From: Candidatus Uhrbacteria bacterium
Lineage (GTDB): Bacteria; Patescibacteriota; Patescibacteriia; UBA9934; GWF2-40-263
Direction of reading: 5' to 3'
Assembly (NCBI GenBank): GCA_016219925.1
Contig: JACRJU010000013.1
Span: 180,472-244,471, forward strand
Length of the DNA: 64,000 nt
Below are positions 49,850-59,738 of the stretch, in pieces; within the stretch, counting starts at the first letter, position 1, and each line of letters opens with the position of its first letter. The translations under genes were made by a program, and so were the position numbers. The notes under the pieces were generated by a model. That model made no database searches and was not told the origin of the DNA. It saw only the letters and a list, made by a program, of their open reading frames with translations.

Positions 49850-50553
49850 ACGAGATGATGTTTTTGTTTGATAACATTCATGGCCATTTTATAATCCCGA
49901 AGGGTTTTTGGCATCCAACCGATTCGATTCCATGGGAGACGATACATGATTGAGGGCATCCAAGTTGAGATGCTCGCGCGGCCATGGTCAGGGAGAACCC
50001 TGAACAGTTCTTTGTTGATTCCAATTCCCATTTGACCGTTTTCAAGAAGCGTCAGCCACAAATCCCAATCTTGAAATCGTTTTAGCGTTGGATCAAATCC
50101 AACAAAAGCGGTGCGTCGTATCAGAGAAGTGGTATGGATAAAATTGTGCTGGCGAAGAATGTTGGCGTCAAATGGCGTGTAGGCAAAGCGTTTTTTCCCC
50201 CAAAAAAAAACCCCGTACGCATAGGCCGCTTGAGGATGCGACTGCAAGGCTTGTTCCATTTCTTTTAGCAGATGGGAATCTGCTTGGATGTCCGCATCGC
50301 AAAAAAGAAGAAGATCGCCATGACTGTGTGCGGCGCCAGCATTGCGCGCCGCCGGAGCTCCCTGATTCGTTTGATAATACGATTGAACACGCGAACGATA
50401 ACGCGCGAGTAATTCTTGGGTAGCATCCGTAGATCCATCGTCAATCACAATAATTTCATCAGCCGTGCGGGATTGAGCGAGTAAAGAATCCAAACACCGG
50501 CTAAGGGTTTGTTCATGTTGATAGGTTGGGATGATCACGCTGATGGTGCTCAT
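49846..50553 (-). CDS. GT2 glycosyltransferase
   Basis: SVIIPTY, IDDGSTD, DAD and QDWDLW motifs. Confidence 0.92.
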   Translation of the reverse strand: MSTISVIIPTYQHEQTLSRCLDSLLAQSRTADEIIVIDDGSTDATQELLARYRSRVQSYYQTNQGAPAARNAGAAHSHGDLLLFCDADIQADSHLLKEMEQALQSHPQAAYAYGVFFWGKKRFAYTPFDANILRQHNFIHTTSLIRRTAFVGFDPTLKRFQDWDLWLTLLENGQMGIGINKELFRVLPDHGRASISTWMPSIMYRLPWNRIGWMPKTLRDYKMAMNVIKQKHHLV

Positions 50554-51596
50554 AGATACGGATCAAGTTTTTTCCATTGATCAACACATGCAAACATATT
50601 TTGGACTCTTGTTTTTGCGTTTTGACCTAGTTGTTGGCGCAACGAGATGTCGGTGGAGAGTTGAAAAATCGCTTGAGAAAGCGCTTGCAAATTTCCCGGC
50701 GCAACAAGCAAACCCGTTTGGCCATGAACAATCGCTTCGTCTACTCCTGAAATGGTGGTGCTGATGGACGGAATGCCAAATTGTGCCGCTTCCAAAAAAA
50801 CAAGACCAAAACCTTCTTTATCAATAGGATCATTGCTCACAGGCATCACAAAGAGATCCGCTTGCGCGTAACAGTCACGCAAAGTGTTTTCATCAACTTC
50901 TCCAAGAAATTCAACCTCGTGCAAATTAAGCTCTCCGGCGGTTTGTTCAAGCATGGTTCGTTCAGGCCCCTTCCCTACGATGACATAGCGAAACGGAGGA
51001 ATTCGTCCTGTCGTTTTGAGAGATTGAAGAGCCATGAGCACCTGTAAATGGCCTTTGCGGGCAACCAACCGTCCCACCGTAAGCAGAGTGAGAGGCTTGT
51101 CGTTTGATGAAACAGAGGGTGAAGTCCTTTGCGGGTTTACACACGGATAGATTGTCAAAAGGCGAGAGAGGCGAAATTGCAGAGCGACTTCCGCGTTCAG
51201 AGCATTTGAGTTGGTGATGACGAGTGCGGCCCGTTTCAAAACGCGCGAGGCTACCCATTGTTTGAGCGGATGTTGCAACGCCAGACGGACATCCATTCCG
51301 TGAACCACAACCAAATAGGGTTTACGCGTGAACCACGAGGCCACCCAAGCAGCTGTGCCAAAAGGAAGGACATGACTCGTGATCACAAGATCGTAGGTCG
51401 CGCGCTCTTTGATGAGAAGACGTACCGCTGTGAGCCAACGAAGCGGACCGTGCGATCGCAGAAGTTGTGTCGGATCACTGACTACGCGAATGCGCTTACC
51501 GAAATACTCCTTCAAGGTTTCCAAATAGCGCGCCACTCCTCCGGTCTGCGGCGGAAATTCTGTGGTGATGAGAAGAAGACGACGACTAGCGGCCAT
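50550..51596 (-). CDS. GT4 glycosyltransferase
   Basis: FPPQTGG, VGRLVARKG and EGFGLVFLEA motifs. Confidence 0.92.
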   Translation of the reverse strand: MAASRRLLLITTEFPPQTGGVARYLETLKEYFGKRIRVVSDPTQLLRSHGPLRWLTAVRLLIKERATYDLVITSHVLPFGTAAWVASWFTRKPYLVVVHGMDVRLALQHPLKQWVASRVLKRAALVITNSNALNAEVALQFRLSRLLTIYPCVNPQRTSPSVSSNDKPLTLLTVGRLVARKGHLQVLMALQSLKTTGRIPPFRYVIVGKGPERTMLEQTAGELNLHEVEFLGEVDENTLRDCYAQADLFVMPVSNDPIDKEGFGLVFLEAAQFGIPSISTTISGVDEAIVHGQTGLLVAPGNLQALSQAIFQLSTDISLRQQLGQNAKTRVQNMFACVDQWKKLDPYL

Positions 51597-53025
51597 AGGA
51601 GAAAAGAGATTTGAGTTTTCGCACGTCATTCAAAACCAGCAGTCTGGTGAGGACGAGAGCTATGATATAAACGGCCACACAAACTGGAATGATTGCCATC
51701 CAACCAATTATGGGCATCAACAAACGACCAACCATGACCATAAAGAGTCCGCTGATACCAAATCGTACGGCATCAAATAACGACGGCCCAAAGCGAAAAG
51801 CCGGGATGACTGGTTTGATAAAAAAGAGTCCGCTGATGAACATAAAACTAAAACTCAATAAAGCGGATATTGCGGCGCCCTGAATGCCTATTTTTGGAAC
51901 AAGCACGGCATTCAGCAAGATGTTGATGACCATGGTGAAGCCCATGATGATCGTTTTTGTGGTTTGGCGATTTCCGGCGTTGAGCAGGGAGCCAATGGGA
52001 AAATCAAGAAAGATCGGGATTAAGACGAAAACGAGCAAGGATAACACCGGGCCAGAAGCTCGATAGGCCGATCCAGCGAGAACGACGGCTTGATTTGCAA
52101 TAAGCCACAGTCCCAGAACAAGCGGGGTGCTGATGAGCATCATGTACCACAGAGCTCGGCGCAGGAGATGAGGAACACGGGCGGGATGATGTTCCAGGGC
52201 CGCACTGATGCTTGGGTAGAGGCCGGCGGTAAAGGCAAGCGGCAAAAATTGAAAAGCGTAAGTGAATTTGTAGGCGATGCTGTAAATGCCCACCGCGGTG
52301 GTATCGATGAATTTCGAAATAAACAGAGAGTCAACATAGGAATACACTTTGACGAAAATAGCAGCGAGGGCGAATGGGAGGGCCAGGCTTAACAAGTGTT
52401 TTGCATTTGCAGAGTTCCAATGCGGCTTCAAAATGGACCAGCCAAAACGTGCGATTAGGGCGCGGCTCGACAACGTCACATTTGTCGCACTGCCCAAGAC
52501 AAGAGCAAAAGTCAGCCAGAGAAGGGATGGATGGATGAAAAGGGAAAGGCCGCCAACCATTGCCGTCACTGCCTGCCCCGTAAGCATCCCCGTGGCTTCA
52601 ATCGAAAGATTTTGGTGACCGCGCAAAACTCCATAAAAAAGCAGATGTAGGGAATCCAGAATAAGCGAGAGCCCAGCGACCATGGTGAGCATTACCACTT
52701 CCCTTTCATAATGAAGCAGAAGCGCTGCGGCGATGGCTGATGCGTAGGCAATGATGAAAAGCGGAATTTTTAAACTTAAGGCTCGTGAGAGAAGGCGCGG
52801 TGTTTCTTGTGGGGATTTGGCAATCTCACGAATAACGACTGGAGTCATGCCGAAATCAGCGATGACAGAAAAAATGAGTGCGATGGAAACGGTAAGAAAA
52901 TATTGACCGGTCCGTTCTGGCTGCATGATGCGCGCGACAAACAAAAAATAGACAAAGGCCACCAGCTTTTGTCCGACGGATGCGATAGTCAGGTACAAGG
53001 TATTTTTTGCAAGAAGCCCAGACAC
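51586..53025 (-). CDS. Wzx-type flippase
   Basis: Multi-TM MOP-family pattern (DFG, VGIYSIAY, GAAI); promoter TTTACA-17-TATCCT. Confidence 0.85.
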   Translation of the reverse strand: MSGLLAKNTLYLTIASVGQKLVAFVYFLFVARIMQPERTGQYFLTVSIALIFSVIADFGMTPVVIREIAKSPQETPRLLSRALSLKIPLFIIAYASAIAAALLLHYEREVVMLTMVAGLSLILDSLHLLFYGVLRGHQNLSIEATGMLTGQAVTAMVGGLSLFIHPSLLWLTFALVLGSATNVTLSSRALIARFGWSILKPHWNSANAKHLLSLALPFALAAIFVKVYSYVDSLFISKFIDTTAVGIYSIAYKFTYAFQFLPLAFTAGLYPSISAALEHHPARVPHLLRRALWYMMLISTPLVLGLWLIANQAVVLAGSAYRASGPVLSLLVFVLIPIFLDFPIGSLLNAGNRQTTKTIIMGFTMVINILLNAVLVPKIGIQGAAISALLSFSFMFISGLFFIKPVIPAFRFGPSLFDAVRFGISGLFMVMVGRLLMPIIGWMAIIPVCVAVYIIALVLTRLLVLNDVRKLKSLFSYGR

Positions 53026-53063
53026 ACAACGGCAGGATAGCGTAAAAGCGGCACTGTGTAAAT

Positions 53064-53087
53064 AAAAAAGGCGCTTCGTGTGGCGCC
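53064..53087 (-). terminator. Intrinsic terminator of the orphan gene
   Basis: Minus strand GGCGC-CACACGAA-GCGCC-TTTTTT. Confidence 0.7.
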
Positions 53088-53115
53088 GCAGGGAGAGAGC
53101 GTCGGTGTGATGGGC

Positions 53116-53964
53116 TTAGCCCAGGAAGGTGATGCTTGTGAGCGATCCGCGTCGCCCCCGGACGGTCTGGCCGAGCGGATCCAGTCCGATTTGCGTGCGT
53201 CCGATCGTCTCGAGCTCGTAGCCCTCGATTTTCAGATTGATGGCGGCCTGACCTTCGCAGAATGTGGCGCGCCACAGCGATTGCAGAACCCGTAGGAAGT
53301 GCCCTTCGAGCAGGACCCCGACCTCGCGCTGGTTCTCCTGAGCCCAGGTGTCGCGACCGGGAACCACCACCGGCTTGTGAGTGGTCTTGTGGTAGCCAGG
53401 CGGCCACAAAGAGACCTTGCCGACGCGGAGCGGCGACTTGAGCGGCCAGCATTCGGCCGCCACCATCTGGTTGTGGTGGATCGCCGCGTCGCGAGCCCTG
53501 GCGATATGCTCGATCGAGGAGGCATACCACTCGAACCGCTGTTGACCGCGACGGTCGAAAGCGAAACACCCCTGGATGATCGTGCCCGTTGGAGGCTGAA
53601 GCGCGCTGAGGTGGCGATGCCCTTCGCGAAGGGTCGAGACTGCATCGTAGCTTACACCAACGTTCCCGGTGTCGTCGATCGAGCCGCGCGTGCGTCCGAG
53701 CAAACGTTGCAGGAGACTCGGTTCGTACGGGCTGACCGACAGCGCCCAAAAGTAGTGGGTCGCCGTCGGATCTTGACGCACGTCCGTGACTTCGCTTCGG
53801 AATCCGACGACTGCCGGAACCCGGTGGCCGACACCCGGAAGGTTGATCACAGCCACATCGGTCGGGACGTCTTCGAGACGGTATTTGAGCTCTTTGGCGG
53901 CCATGGCGCCGCGCAAAGCGTCAGAGAGCGACACGTGCGAAATGGGGATCATCATTGTAGACAC
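53116..53964 (-). CDS. GC-rich orphan protein (~282 aa)
   Basis: AGGAGGAGG SD 6 nt before GTG at 53964; flanked by terminators. Confidence 0.7.
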   Translation of the reverse strand: MSTMMIPISHVSLSDALRGAMAAKELKYRLEDVPTDVAVINLPGVGHRVPAVVGFRSEVTDVRQDPTATHYFWALSVSPYEPSLLQRLLGRTRGSIDDTGNVGVSYDAVSTLREGHRHLSALQPPTGTIIQGCFAFDRRGQQRFEWYASSIEHIARARDAAIHHNQMVAAECWPLKSPLRVGKVSLWPPGYHKTTHKPVVVPGRDTWAQENQREVGVLLEGHFLRVLQSLWRATFCEGQAAINLKIEGYELETIGRTQIGLDPLGQTVRGRRGSLTSITFLG

Positions 53965-54011
53965 AGCGTACCTCCTCCTGTTGTTGGGCGTTGGCATTTA
54001 AACATAGAAAC

Positions 54012-54038
54012 AAAAAACAGGCAAAGAGCCTGTTTTTT
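54012..54038. terminator. Terminator after rpsI (symmetric A/T tails)
   Basis: AAAAAACAGGC-AAAGA-GCCTGTTTTTT. Confidence 0.85.
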
Positions 54039-54042
54039 ATCA

Positions 54043-54447
54043 CTAGCGTTTTGACCACTGTGGTGATCGGCGTGCAGATTTTTTACCAAACTTTTTTCGC
54101 TCTCGCACGCGTGCGTCGCGACTCAGCATGCCCATTTTTTTTAAACTGGAACGAAATTCTGGATTGAAATCGATAAGGGCGCGAGCAATGCCTAAACGAA
54201 TGCTATCCGCCTGTCCGTGAATACCTCCACCAGAGACGTGCACGGTCACATCGAAGACATCTTGCGTTCCTGTCTGAATGAATGGAGAAACAACGGCTTG
54301 CTGCAGAGTTGCGAGCGGCAAGTATGTTTCGAGGGGGCGATCATTGATTGTCATCTTTCCGGAACCCCCATTCAAAAGTCGCACGCGTGCGATGGCTTCT
54401 TTCCGGCGGCCAACGGCTTCGATATAAGTTGTCTGTTTTTCAGTCAT
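54043..54447 (-). CDS. rpsI: 30S ribosomal protein S9
   Basis: GRRKEAIARV, GGGIHGQ and QWSKR motifs. Confidence 0.98.
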   Translation of the reverse strand: MTEKQTTYIEAVGRRKEAIARVRLLNGGSGKMTINDRPLETYLPLATLQQAVVSPFIQTGTQDVFDVTVHVSGGGIHGQADSIRLGIARALIDFNPEFRSSLKKMGMLSRDARVRERKKFGKKSARRSPQWSKR

Positions 54448-54451
54448 ACGA

Positions 54452-54811
54452 CTAATTCTTTACGACAAGGCGCTTCATACGCTCGGTGCGCAATTTATTC
54501 TTTGGAAGCATGCGAGAAACCGCTCGGCGCAAGACATCAGAAGGATCCTTCATCCAAAGCGATTTAAGCGAGGTGACACGCAGACCGCTTCCTCGCGTTG
54601 TGTGGTGATAGTAATTTTTTTGTTCAATTTTTCGTCCGGTGATGCGCATCTTTGACGCATTGATAACCTGCACGTGGTTGCTGCTATCGATATGCGGTTC
54701 ATAGCCTGCGCGATTTTTTCCCATGAGAACTGTCACGATACGCGAAGCCAAACGGCCTGGCGTTTGCCCCATGGCGTCAATGGTTTGGATGTCTGGTTGG
54801 ACAGATTTCAT
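54452..54811 (-). CDS. rplM: 50S ribosomal protein L13 (short)
   Basis: IDA..GRLAS and MLPKN motifs. Confidence 0.96.
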   Translation of the reverse strand: MKSVQPDIQTIDAMGQTPGRLASRIVTVLMGKNRAGYEPHIDSSNHVQVINASKMRITGRKIEQKNYYHHTTRGSGLRVTSLKSLWMKDPSDVLRRAVSRMLPKNKLRTERMKRLVVKN

Positions 54812-54812
54812 A

Positions 54813-55163
54813 TTAGACGAGTTCGATACGAACCATATCCGACCCATCCGATGGTCGTGATCCGAGTTTCACAATTCGCGTATAACCACCGGCGCGATTG
54901 GCATACCGTGGAGCTAATACTTCAAAAATTTTATTGACCGGCTGTTCGGTATAGAACAACGACAGAAGACGTCGGCGCGCGGCAAGAGTCGGTTTTTTAC
55001 CGGTGGTAATTGCACGCTCAACAACCGAACGGATCGCTTTAGCCTTCGCTTGTGTGGTCTTCACTTTTTCGTATAACACAACGCTCGTTGCGAGATTTCG
55101 CAACATGGCATCGCGCGAGGCCGTGGGCCGTCCGAGTTTTTTTATCGTCTTCCGGTGTCGCAT
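54813..55163 (-). CDS. rplQ: 50S ribosomal protein L17
   Basis: MRHRK and GGYTRI motifs. Confidence 0.98.
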   Translation of the reverse strand: MRHRKTIKKLGRPTASRDAMLRNLATSVVLYEKVKTTQAKAKAIRSVVERAITTGKKPTLAARRRLLSLFYTEQPVNKIFEVLAPRYANRAGGYTRIVKLGSRPSDGSDMVRIELV

Positions 55164-55164
55164 A

Positions 55165-55860
55165 TTATTCCGTTGATTTCTGAGTCAACAAGCTAAAGTG
55201 TTCGATCAGAAGTTTTGCAGACTGTTCGACGGCCTTTTGTGGACTGATTGTTCCGTCGGTTTCAATCGTCATGATCAGCTTGTCGTAGTTGGTGATTTCT
55301 CCGACGCGTGTATCTTCAACGCGGTATCCTACATTTCGCACGGGTGAGAACAATGAATCAATCGCGATCGTTCCAAGCTCCGAAGCTTGGCCCGTTCGCT
55401 CCTCGGTCGAGGAATATCCTCGACCCTTTCGAACAGTAATCTCCATGTCCAACTTGGCTTTATTATCTGTCAGAGTCAAGAGATGCAGTTCGGAATTAAT
55501 GATTTCAACATCCGCATTGGCTTCAATATCTGCGGCGGTAATTGCACGCTCTCCTGAAGCCGAAAGTTTCAAAACAACGGGTTCATCTGAAAAACATTTC
55601 AGTCGAAGAAGTTTTAGGTTTAAAATAATTTCAAGAGCATCTTCCTTTACGTTATCAATGGCCTGAAATTCATGATTCACCCCCTTGATTTTCACCGCCG
55701 TTACCGCGGCACCTGGCAGTGAAGAAAGCAACACACGACGCAGGGCATTACCGATCGTCGTTCCATATCCATGAAAGCAGGGTTCAACAATCAATACCCC
55801 CTCATTGGGGCGCTGTCCTTGCTCGTAGGAAATATGGGATGGAAGAAGAATGTTCTCCAT
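55165..55860 (-). CDS. rpoA: RNA polymerase alpha subunit (N-terminal domain only)
   Basis: GYGTTIGNALRRVLLSSLPG and IDSLFSPV motifs; 231 aa. Confidence 0.96.
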   Translation of the reverse strand: MENILLPSHISYEQGQRPNEGVLIVEPCFHGYGTTIGNALRRVLLSSLPGAAVTAVKIKGVNHEFQAIDNVKEDALEIILNLKLLRLKCFSDEPVVLKLSASGERAITAADIEANADVEIINSELHLLTLTDNKAKLDMEITVRKGRGYSSTEERTGQASELGTIAIDSLFSPVRNVGYRVEDTRVGEITNYDKLIMTIETDGTISPQKAVEQSAKLLIEHFSLLTQKSTE

Positions 55861-55878
55861 AAGGTCCTCCTAAGTGAA

Positions 55879-56493
55879 TTATCGCGAATAAAATTCCACG
55901 ATGAGGGTCGGATCAAAGATCGATTCCAGATCTTCTCCCGTCGGAATAGCCGTGACTTTTCCCAGCAAAATCTTTTCATCGCGGGAAATCCACGATGGCA
56001 GTTTGCTCGACTGGAGCGCTTCAGGAATCTGTTTGACGATCCCCTTTTGTTTTTTGTTTTCTTTGAGGGTGATCTCATCGCCGACACTGACCTTGAAGGA
56101 CGGGATATCCACTTTTTTTCCGTTCACGAGAATAAATCCGTGTCCGACCATCTGACGGGCCTGGGGCCGCGTTTTGGCAAAACCTAGGCGATAAACCGTG
56201 TTGTCCAAACGTCGTTCGAGCAACTGCACAAATGCTTCCGCCGTGTTGCCTTGTTTGCGGGAGGCTTGTTCAAAATACCTGTGCATTTGGCGTTCCAAAA
56301 GACCGTACAGGGCTTTCGCCTTCTGTTTCTCTTGCAACTGTTCGCCGTATGAAGACAAACGGGCGCGAGAACGAGCCTGCTTCGGACCGTGAATACCCGG
56401 CGGGTAAGCCCGACGACGTGCATATTTCTCTTTGCCGAGCACGACGCCCAGGCGGCGAGAACGTTTTACGATGGAGGAATGGTCTTGAGCCAT
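55879..56493 (-). CDS. rpsD: 30S ribosomal protein S4
   Basis: LERRLDN, ARQMVGHG and IVEFYSR motifs. Confidence 0.98.
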   Translation of the reverse strand: MAQDHSSIVKRSRRLGVVLGKEKYARRRAYPPGIHGPKQARSRARLSSYGEQLQEKQKAKALYGLLERQMHRYFEQASRKQGNTAEAFVQLLERRLDNTVYRLGFAKTRPQARQMVGHGFILVNGKKVDIPSFKVSVGDEITLKENKKQKGIVKQIPEALQSSKLPSWISRDEKILLGKVTAIPTGEDLESIFDPTLIVEFYSR

Positions 56494-56499
56494 AGCAGA

Positions 56500-56889
56500 T
56501 TAGACACGTCGAGGCTTAGGGGCGCGGCAGCCGTTATGTGGCAGAGGCGTCATATCTTTAATCGACAGGACAATAAATCCATTGGCATTTAATGCACGAA
56601 CAGCAGAGTCACGTCCGGATCCCACCCCTTTCACAAAGACATTCAATTCTTTAAGACCGGTTTCCTTTGTTTGCTCAGCGACATCTTTGATAATCATGCT
56701 CGCCGCGTAGGGGGTCGCTTTTTTTGGTCCTTTAAACCCGCAATGTCCTGCACTCGACCAGGCAATGGCGTTTCCATTAAGGTCGGTTAGGGTCACAATG
56801 GTATTGTTAAAGGTTGCCTGAATATAGGCGCATCCCGTAGATACCTGTTTCACGGCTGTTTTCTTTTTGCTTTTTGTCGATGCGGCCAT
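56500..56889 (-). CDS. rpsK: 30S ribosomal protein S11
   Basis: TFNNTI and PHNGCR motifs. Confidence 0.98.
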   Translation of the reverse strand: MAASTKSKKKTAVKQVSTGCAYIQATFNNTIVTLTDLNGNAIAWSSAGHCGFKGPKKATPYAASMIIKDVAEQTKETGLKELNVFVKGVGSGRDSAVRALNANGFIVLSIKDMTPLPHNGCRAPKPRRV

Positions 56890-56892
56890 AGA

Positions 56893-57282
56893 TTAAGTCT
56901 TGGTCAGGGCGCGTCGTCCGCTACCCATCGTGCGGCGAACATTACCTCGAACCGTTCGTGAATTGGATTTGGTGCGCTGACCACGGGCCGGAAGCCGCTT
57001 AAGGTGCCGTGAGCCGCGATAGGAACCGATCTCTTTAAGTCGTTTGATGTTTGCCATCACGTCTCGACGGAGATCTCCCTCAAGTCGATACTCCGGAGTT
57101 TCTAGAACACCTCGAATCGCTTTAACTTGATCGTCAGAAAGATCCTTGGATCGAATGCTGGCATCAATTTTGGTGGCCTCAAGAATTTTTTTTGCGCGCG
57201 ATGGGCCAACCCCATAGATATACGTGAGGGCCACGACGATACGTTTGTCTGATGGAATGTTTACTCCGGCGATGCGTGCCAT
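56893..57282 (-). CDS. rpsM: 30S ribosomal protein S13
   Basis: MARIAGV and RGQRTK motifs. Confidence 0.98.
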   Translation of the reverse strand: MARIAGVNIPSDKRIVVALTYIYGVGPSRAKKILEATKIDASIRSKDLSDDQVKAIRGVLETPEYRLEGDLRRDVMANIKRLKEIGSYRGSRHLKRLPARGQRTKSNSRTVRGNVRRTMGSGRRALTKT

Positions 57283-57296
57283 ATTAAGGATGACGA

Positions 57297-57413
57297 TTAA
57301 CCTTGTCGCTGCTTGTGCTTAGGATTTTTCTTGCAGATAACAACGACGCGACCCTTGCGGCGCGTGACGTGGCAATCTCGACACATTTTTTTTGCAGAAG
57401 CGCGAACTTTCAT
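57297..57413 (-). CDS. rpmJ: 50S ribosomal protein L36 (missing from the ORF track)
   Basis: Hand translation [38 protein letters not shown]. Confidence 0.97.
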   Translation of the reverse strand: MKVRASAKKMCRDCHVTRRKGRVVVICKKNPKHKQRQG

Positions 57414-57428
57414 AACGAGTGAATTGAT

Positions 57429-57461
57429 AAACGTCATCGAGCTTTTCGTTCGATGACGTTT
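57429..57461. other. 12-bp-stem hairpin between infA and rpmJ
   Basis: AAACGTCATCGA...TCGATGACGTTT. Confidence 0.7.
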
Positions 57462-57462
57462 T

Positions 57463-57684
57463 CTAAAAACGGTATACGACCCGGCCCTTCGTCAAGTCGT
57501 ACGGACTGATTTCCACCTTGACTTCGTCACCGGGCAAAAGACGGATCCGAAATTTCCGCATTTTTCCTGAGAGGTGGCCGAGAATCGTCTGACCGTTTTC
57601 GAGTTTGATTTTGAAACTTGCGGACGGCAGAAGTTCTTCTACCGTGCCTTTCATCTCAATAAAGTCCTTTGTTGCCATGCCCAT
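57463..57684 (-). CDS. infA: Translation initiation factor IF-1
   Basis: HLSGKMR and SPYDLTKGR motifs; promoter TTGCAT-18-TAGAAT at 57729-57700. Confidence 0.98.
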   Translation of the reverse strand: MGMATKDFIEMKGTVEELLPSASFKIKLENGQTILGHLSGKMRKFRIRLLPGDEVKVEISPYDLTKGRVVYRF

Positions 57685-57831
57685 AATCTTAACGTCGCGA
57701 TTCTAGCATGAATAGGCCAAAAAATGCAAGGTTGGCTCTATTAAGATGAGGCGCCGCTATTTTACGGATCGCGGCTCTATCTGTCAAGAATTCGCGCGTG
57801 GATAACATGAAAAGATTTAAAATGACTTCAT

Positions 57832-59679
57832 TTAGCTTAATTCCGCTTTAATTCGTCGAATGCCAGCCGCGACAGATTCCTCCTTTGTAATTTTAAAATG
57901 TCCAAGTTGTCCCGTGTGTTCCACATGCGGCCCCCCACATACTTCCTTGCTGAAATAGGCTTCCATCGCTTGATCGCCGATAAAATACACTTTGATCTGT
58001 CTTCCAAGCTGGGCGTACTTGTCTTCAAAGACTCCAATGGCACCGCGGCGTTTTGCTTCGGCTAAATCAAGTAGCTCAAAATGCACGGGAAGGTCTTTTT
58101 GAATCTGATCATTCACCATTGCTTCGACCTGTTGGATTTGTTCTGGAGTCATCTTCTCCGGATAGGAAAAATCAAACCTCAAACGCTTGTGGGTGATATT
58201 GGATCCACGTTGAAACACCTGATCGTTTAAGACGGTTCGAAGGGCTTGATGCAACAAGTGCGTCGCGGTGTGAAGTTTAACCGTTTCTTCTGAATGATCT
58301 GCAAGACCTCCGGTAAATTTCTCGGATGATCCCGCCCGTGAAAGATCTTGATGATTTTTGAATTCCTGTTTGAACGTCTCACGATCGACTTGTTGTCCTT
58401 TTTCTTCGGCTATTTCTTCTGTGAGTTCCAATGGAAACCCGTACGTGGCGTAAAGCAGAAAGGCGTCTTGTCCGGAGATGTGACTGTGTTGAGCGAATAA
58501 TTTATCAAATTCTTTTTCTCCATTTTGAAGCGTCTTGCGGAATTTCAGCTCTTCAGCCCCGATTTCACGCACAATCTGTTCCTGCTGTTTTGCTATGTGC
58601 GGATAAGCCTGCACGTACTCATGCACGAATGCTTTTGCAACCGAAAGGCAAAAGGGTTCTTTAATACCAAGTCGACTTCCAAACCTTACGGCGCGACGGA
58701 TAAGACGACGTACGAAATAGCCTTGATCTTTGTTTGAGGGGATGACTCCATCCGCAATGAGAAAAGAAGCGGCGCGGACATGATCCAGGATGACCCGAAA
58801 TGCCTTGGCGTCTATGGAGTCTGATCGATAGGATTTTTTACTAAGAGATTCGATGACGTGAAGAGCTTCAGCAAACACATCAATCAAGAAAATATCTGGC
58901 GTATCAGCCAGAGCGGCCGCAATCCGTTCAAGTCCGCCTCCGAAGTCCACGTTTTGATTTGGTAAATCAACGAATCCTTCTCCAGACTTTTTGTACTGCA
59001 TGAAAACATTGTTGCCGATCTCTAAAAATCTTCCACAGTCGCAATTGACATGACAAGGTTGATCTTTGTAAACAGATCGTTCATGCAATTTCCGTTCGGC
59101 TCCGAAATCCCAAAACAGTTCCGAATCCGGACCACCGGGTTCTCCTTCCGGCATGTGCGCAGGGATCCCCGCACGTGACCACCAGTTTTTCTTTTCATCG
59201 TAGGCAAAAATCCGACCTTCTGGATCAAGATCCTTTGCTCGAAAGGCTTCTTGCCAAAGAGCTTCTGATTCTTGATCTCGATCAATTCCAATCGCTTTAT
59301 TGCCGGCAAAAATTGTGACAGATAATCGTGATGCATCCAGTCCAAGCTCATCTGTGAGAAACGCAAACATCCACGGAATTTGTTCTTTTTTAAAATAATC
59401 CCCCAGTGACCAGTTGCCGAGCATTTCAAAAAACGTTGTGTGACGATTATCTCCGACTTCTTCAATGTCCTGCGAACGAAAGCAGGGTTGAGAATCGGTT
59501 AGACGTTTGCCAAGGGGGTGGGTCTGACCGAGCAGATAGGGAACCATCGGTTGCATACCGGATCCCGTGAAGAGGGTCGTGGGATCGTTCTCCGGAATCA
59601 AAGATGAGGCGGAAATGGTTTGATGACCCCGAGAGGCAAAAAAAGTGAGATACCGCTGACGAATATCATGCGTTGTCAT
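57832..59679 (-). CDS. alaS: Alanyl-tRNA synthetase, short form (~615 aa)
   Basis: HTTFFEMLGNWS, GLER, HTATH and CGGPH motifs; ends right after GIRRI. Confidence 0.96.
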   Translation of the reverse strand: MTTHDIRQRYLTFFASRGHQTISASSLIPENDPTTLFTGSGMQPMVPYLLGQTHPLGKRLTDSQPCFRSQDIEEVGDNRHTTFFEMLGNWSLGDYFKKEQIPWMFAFLTDELGLDASRLSVTIFAGNKAIGIDRDQESEALWQEAFRAKDLDPEGRIFAYDEKKNWWSRAGIPAHMPEGEPGGPDSELFWDFGAERKLHERSVYKDQPCHVNCDCGRFLEIGNNVFMQYKKSGEGFVDLPNQNVDFGGGLERIAAALADTPDIFLIDVFAEALHVIESLSKKSYRSDSIDAKAFRVILDHVRAASFLIADGVIPSNKDQGYFVRRLIRRAVRFGSRLGIKEPFCLSVAKAFVHEYVQAYPHIAKQQEQIVREIGAEELKFRKTLQNGEKEFDKLFAQHSHISGQDAFLLYATYGFPLELTEEIAEEKGQQVDRETFKQEFKNHQDLSRAGSSEKFTGGLADHSEETVKLHTATHLLHQALRTVLNDQVFQRGSNITHKRLRFDFSYPEKMTPEQIQQVEAMVNDQIQKDLPVHFELLDLAEAKRRGAIGVFEDKYAQLGRQIKVYFIGDQAMEAYFSKEVCGGPHVEHTGQLGHFKITKEESVAAGIRRIKAELS

Positions 59680-59738
59680 AATGGCGCCTATTCTATCCAA
59701 TCTGACAGAGGTTGACAAACAGTTTTTTAAAAAGATTT

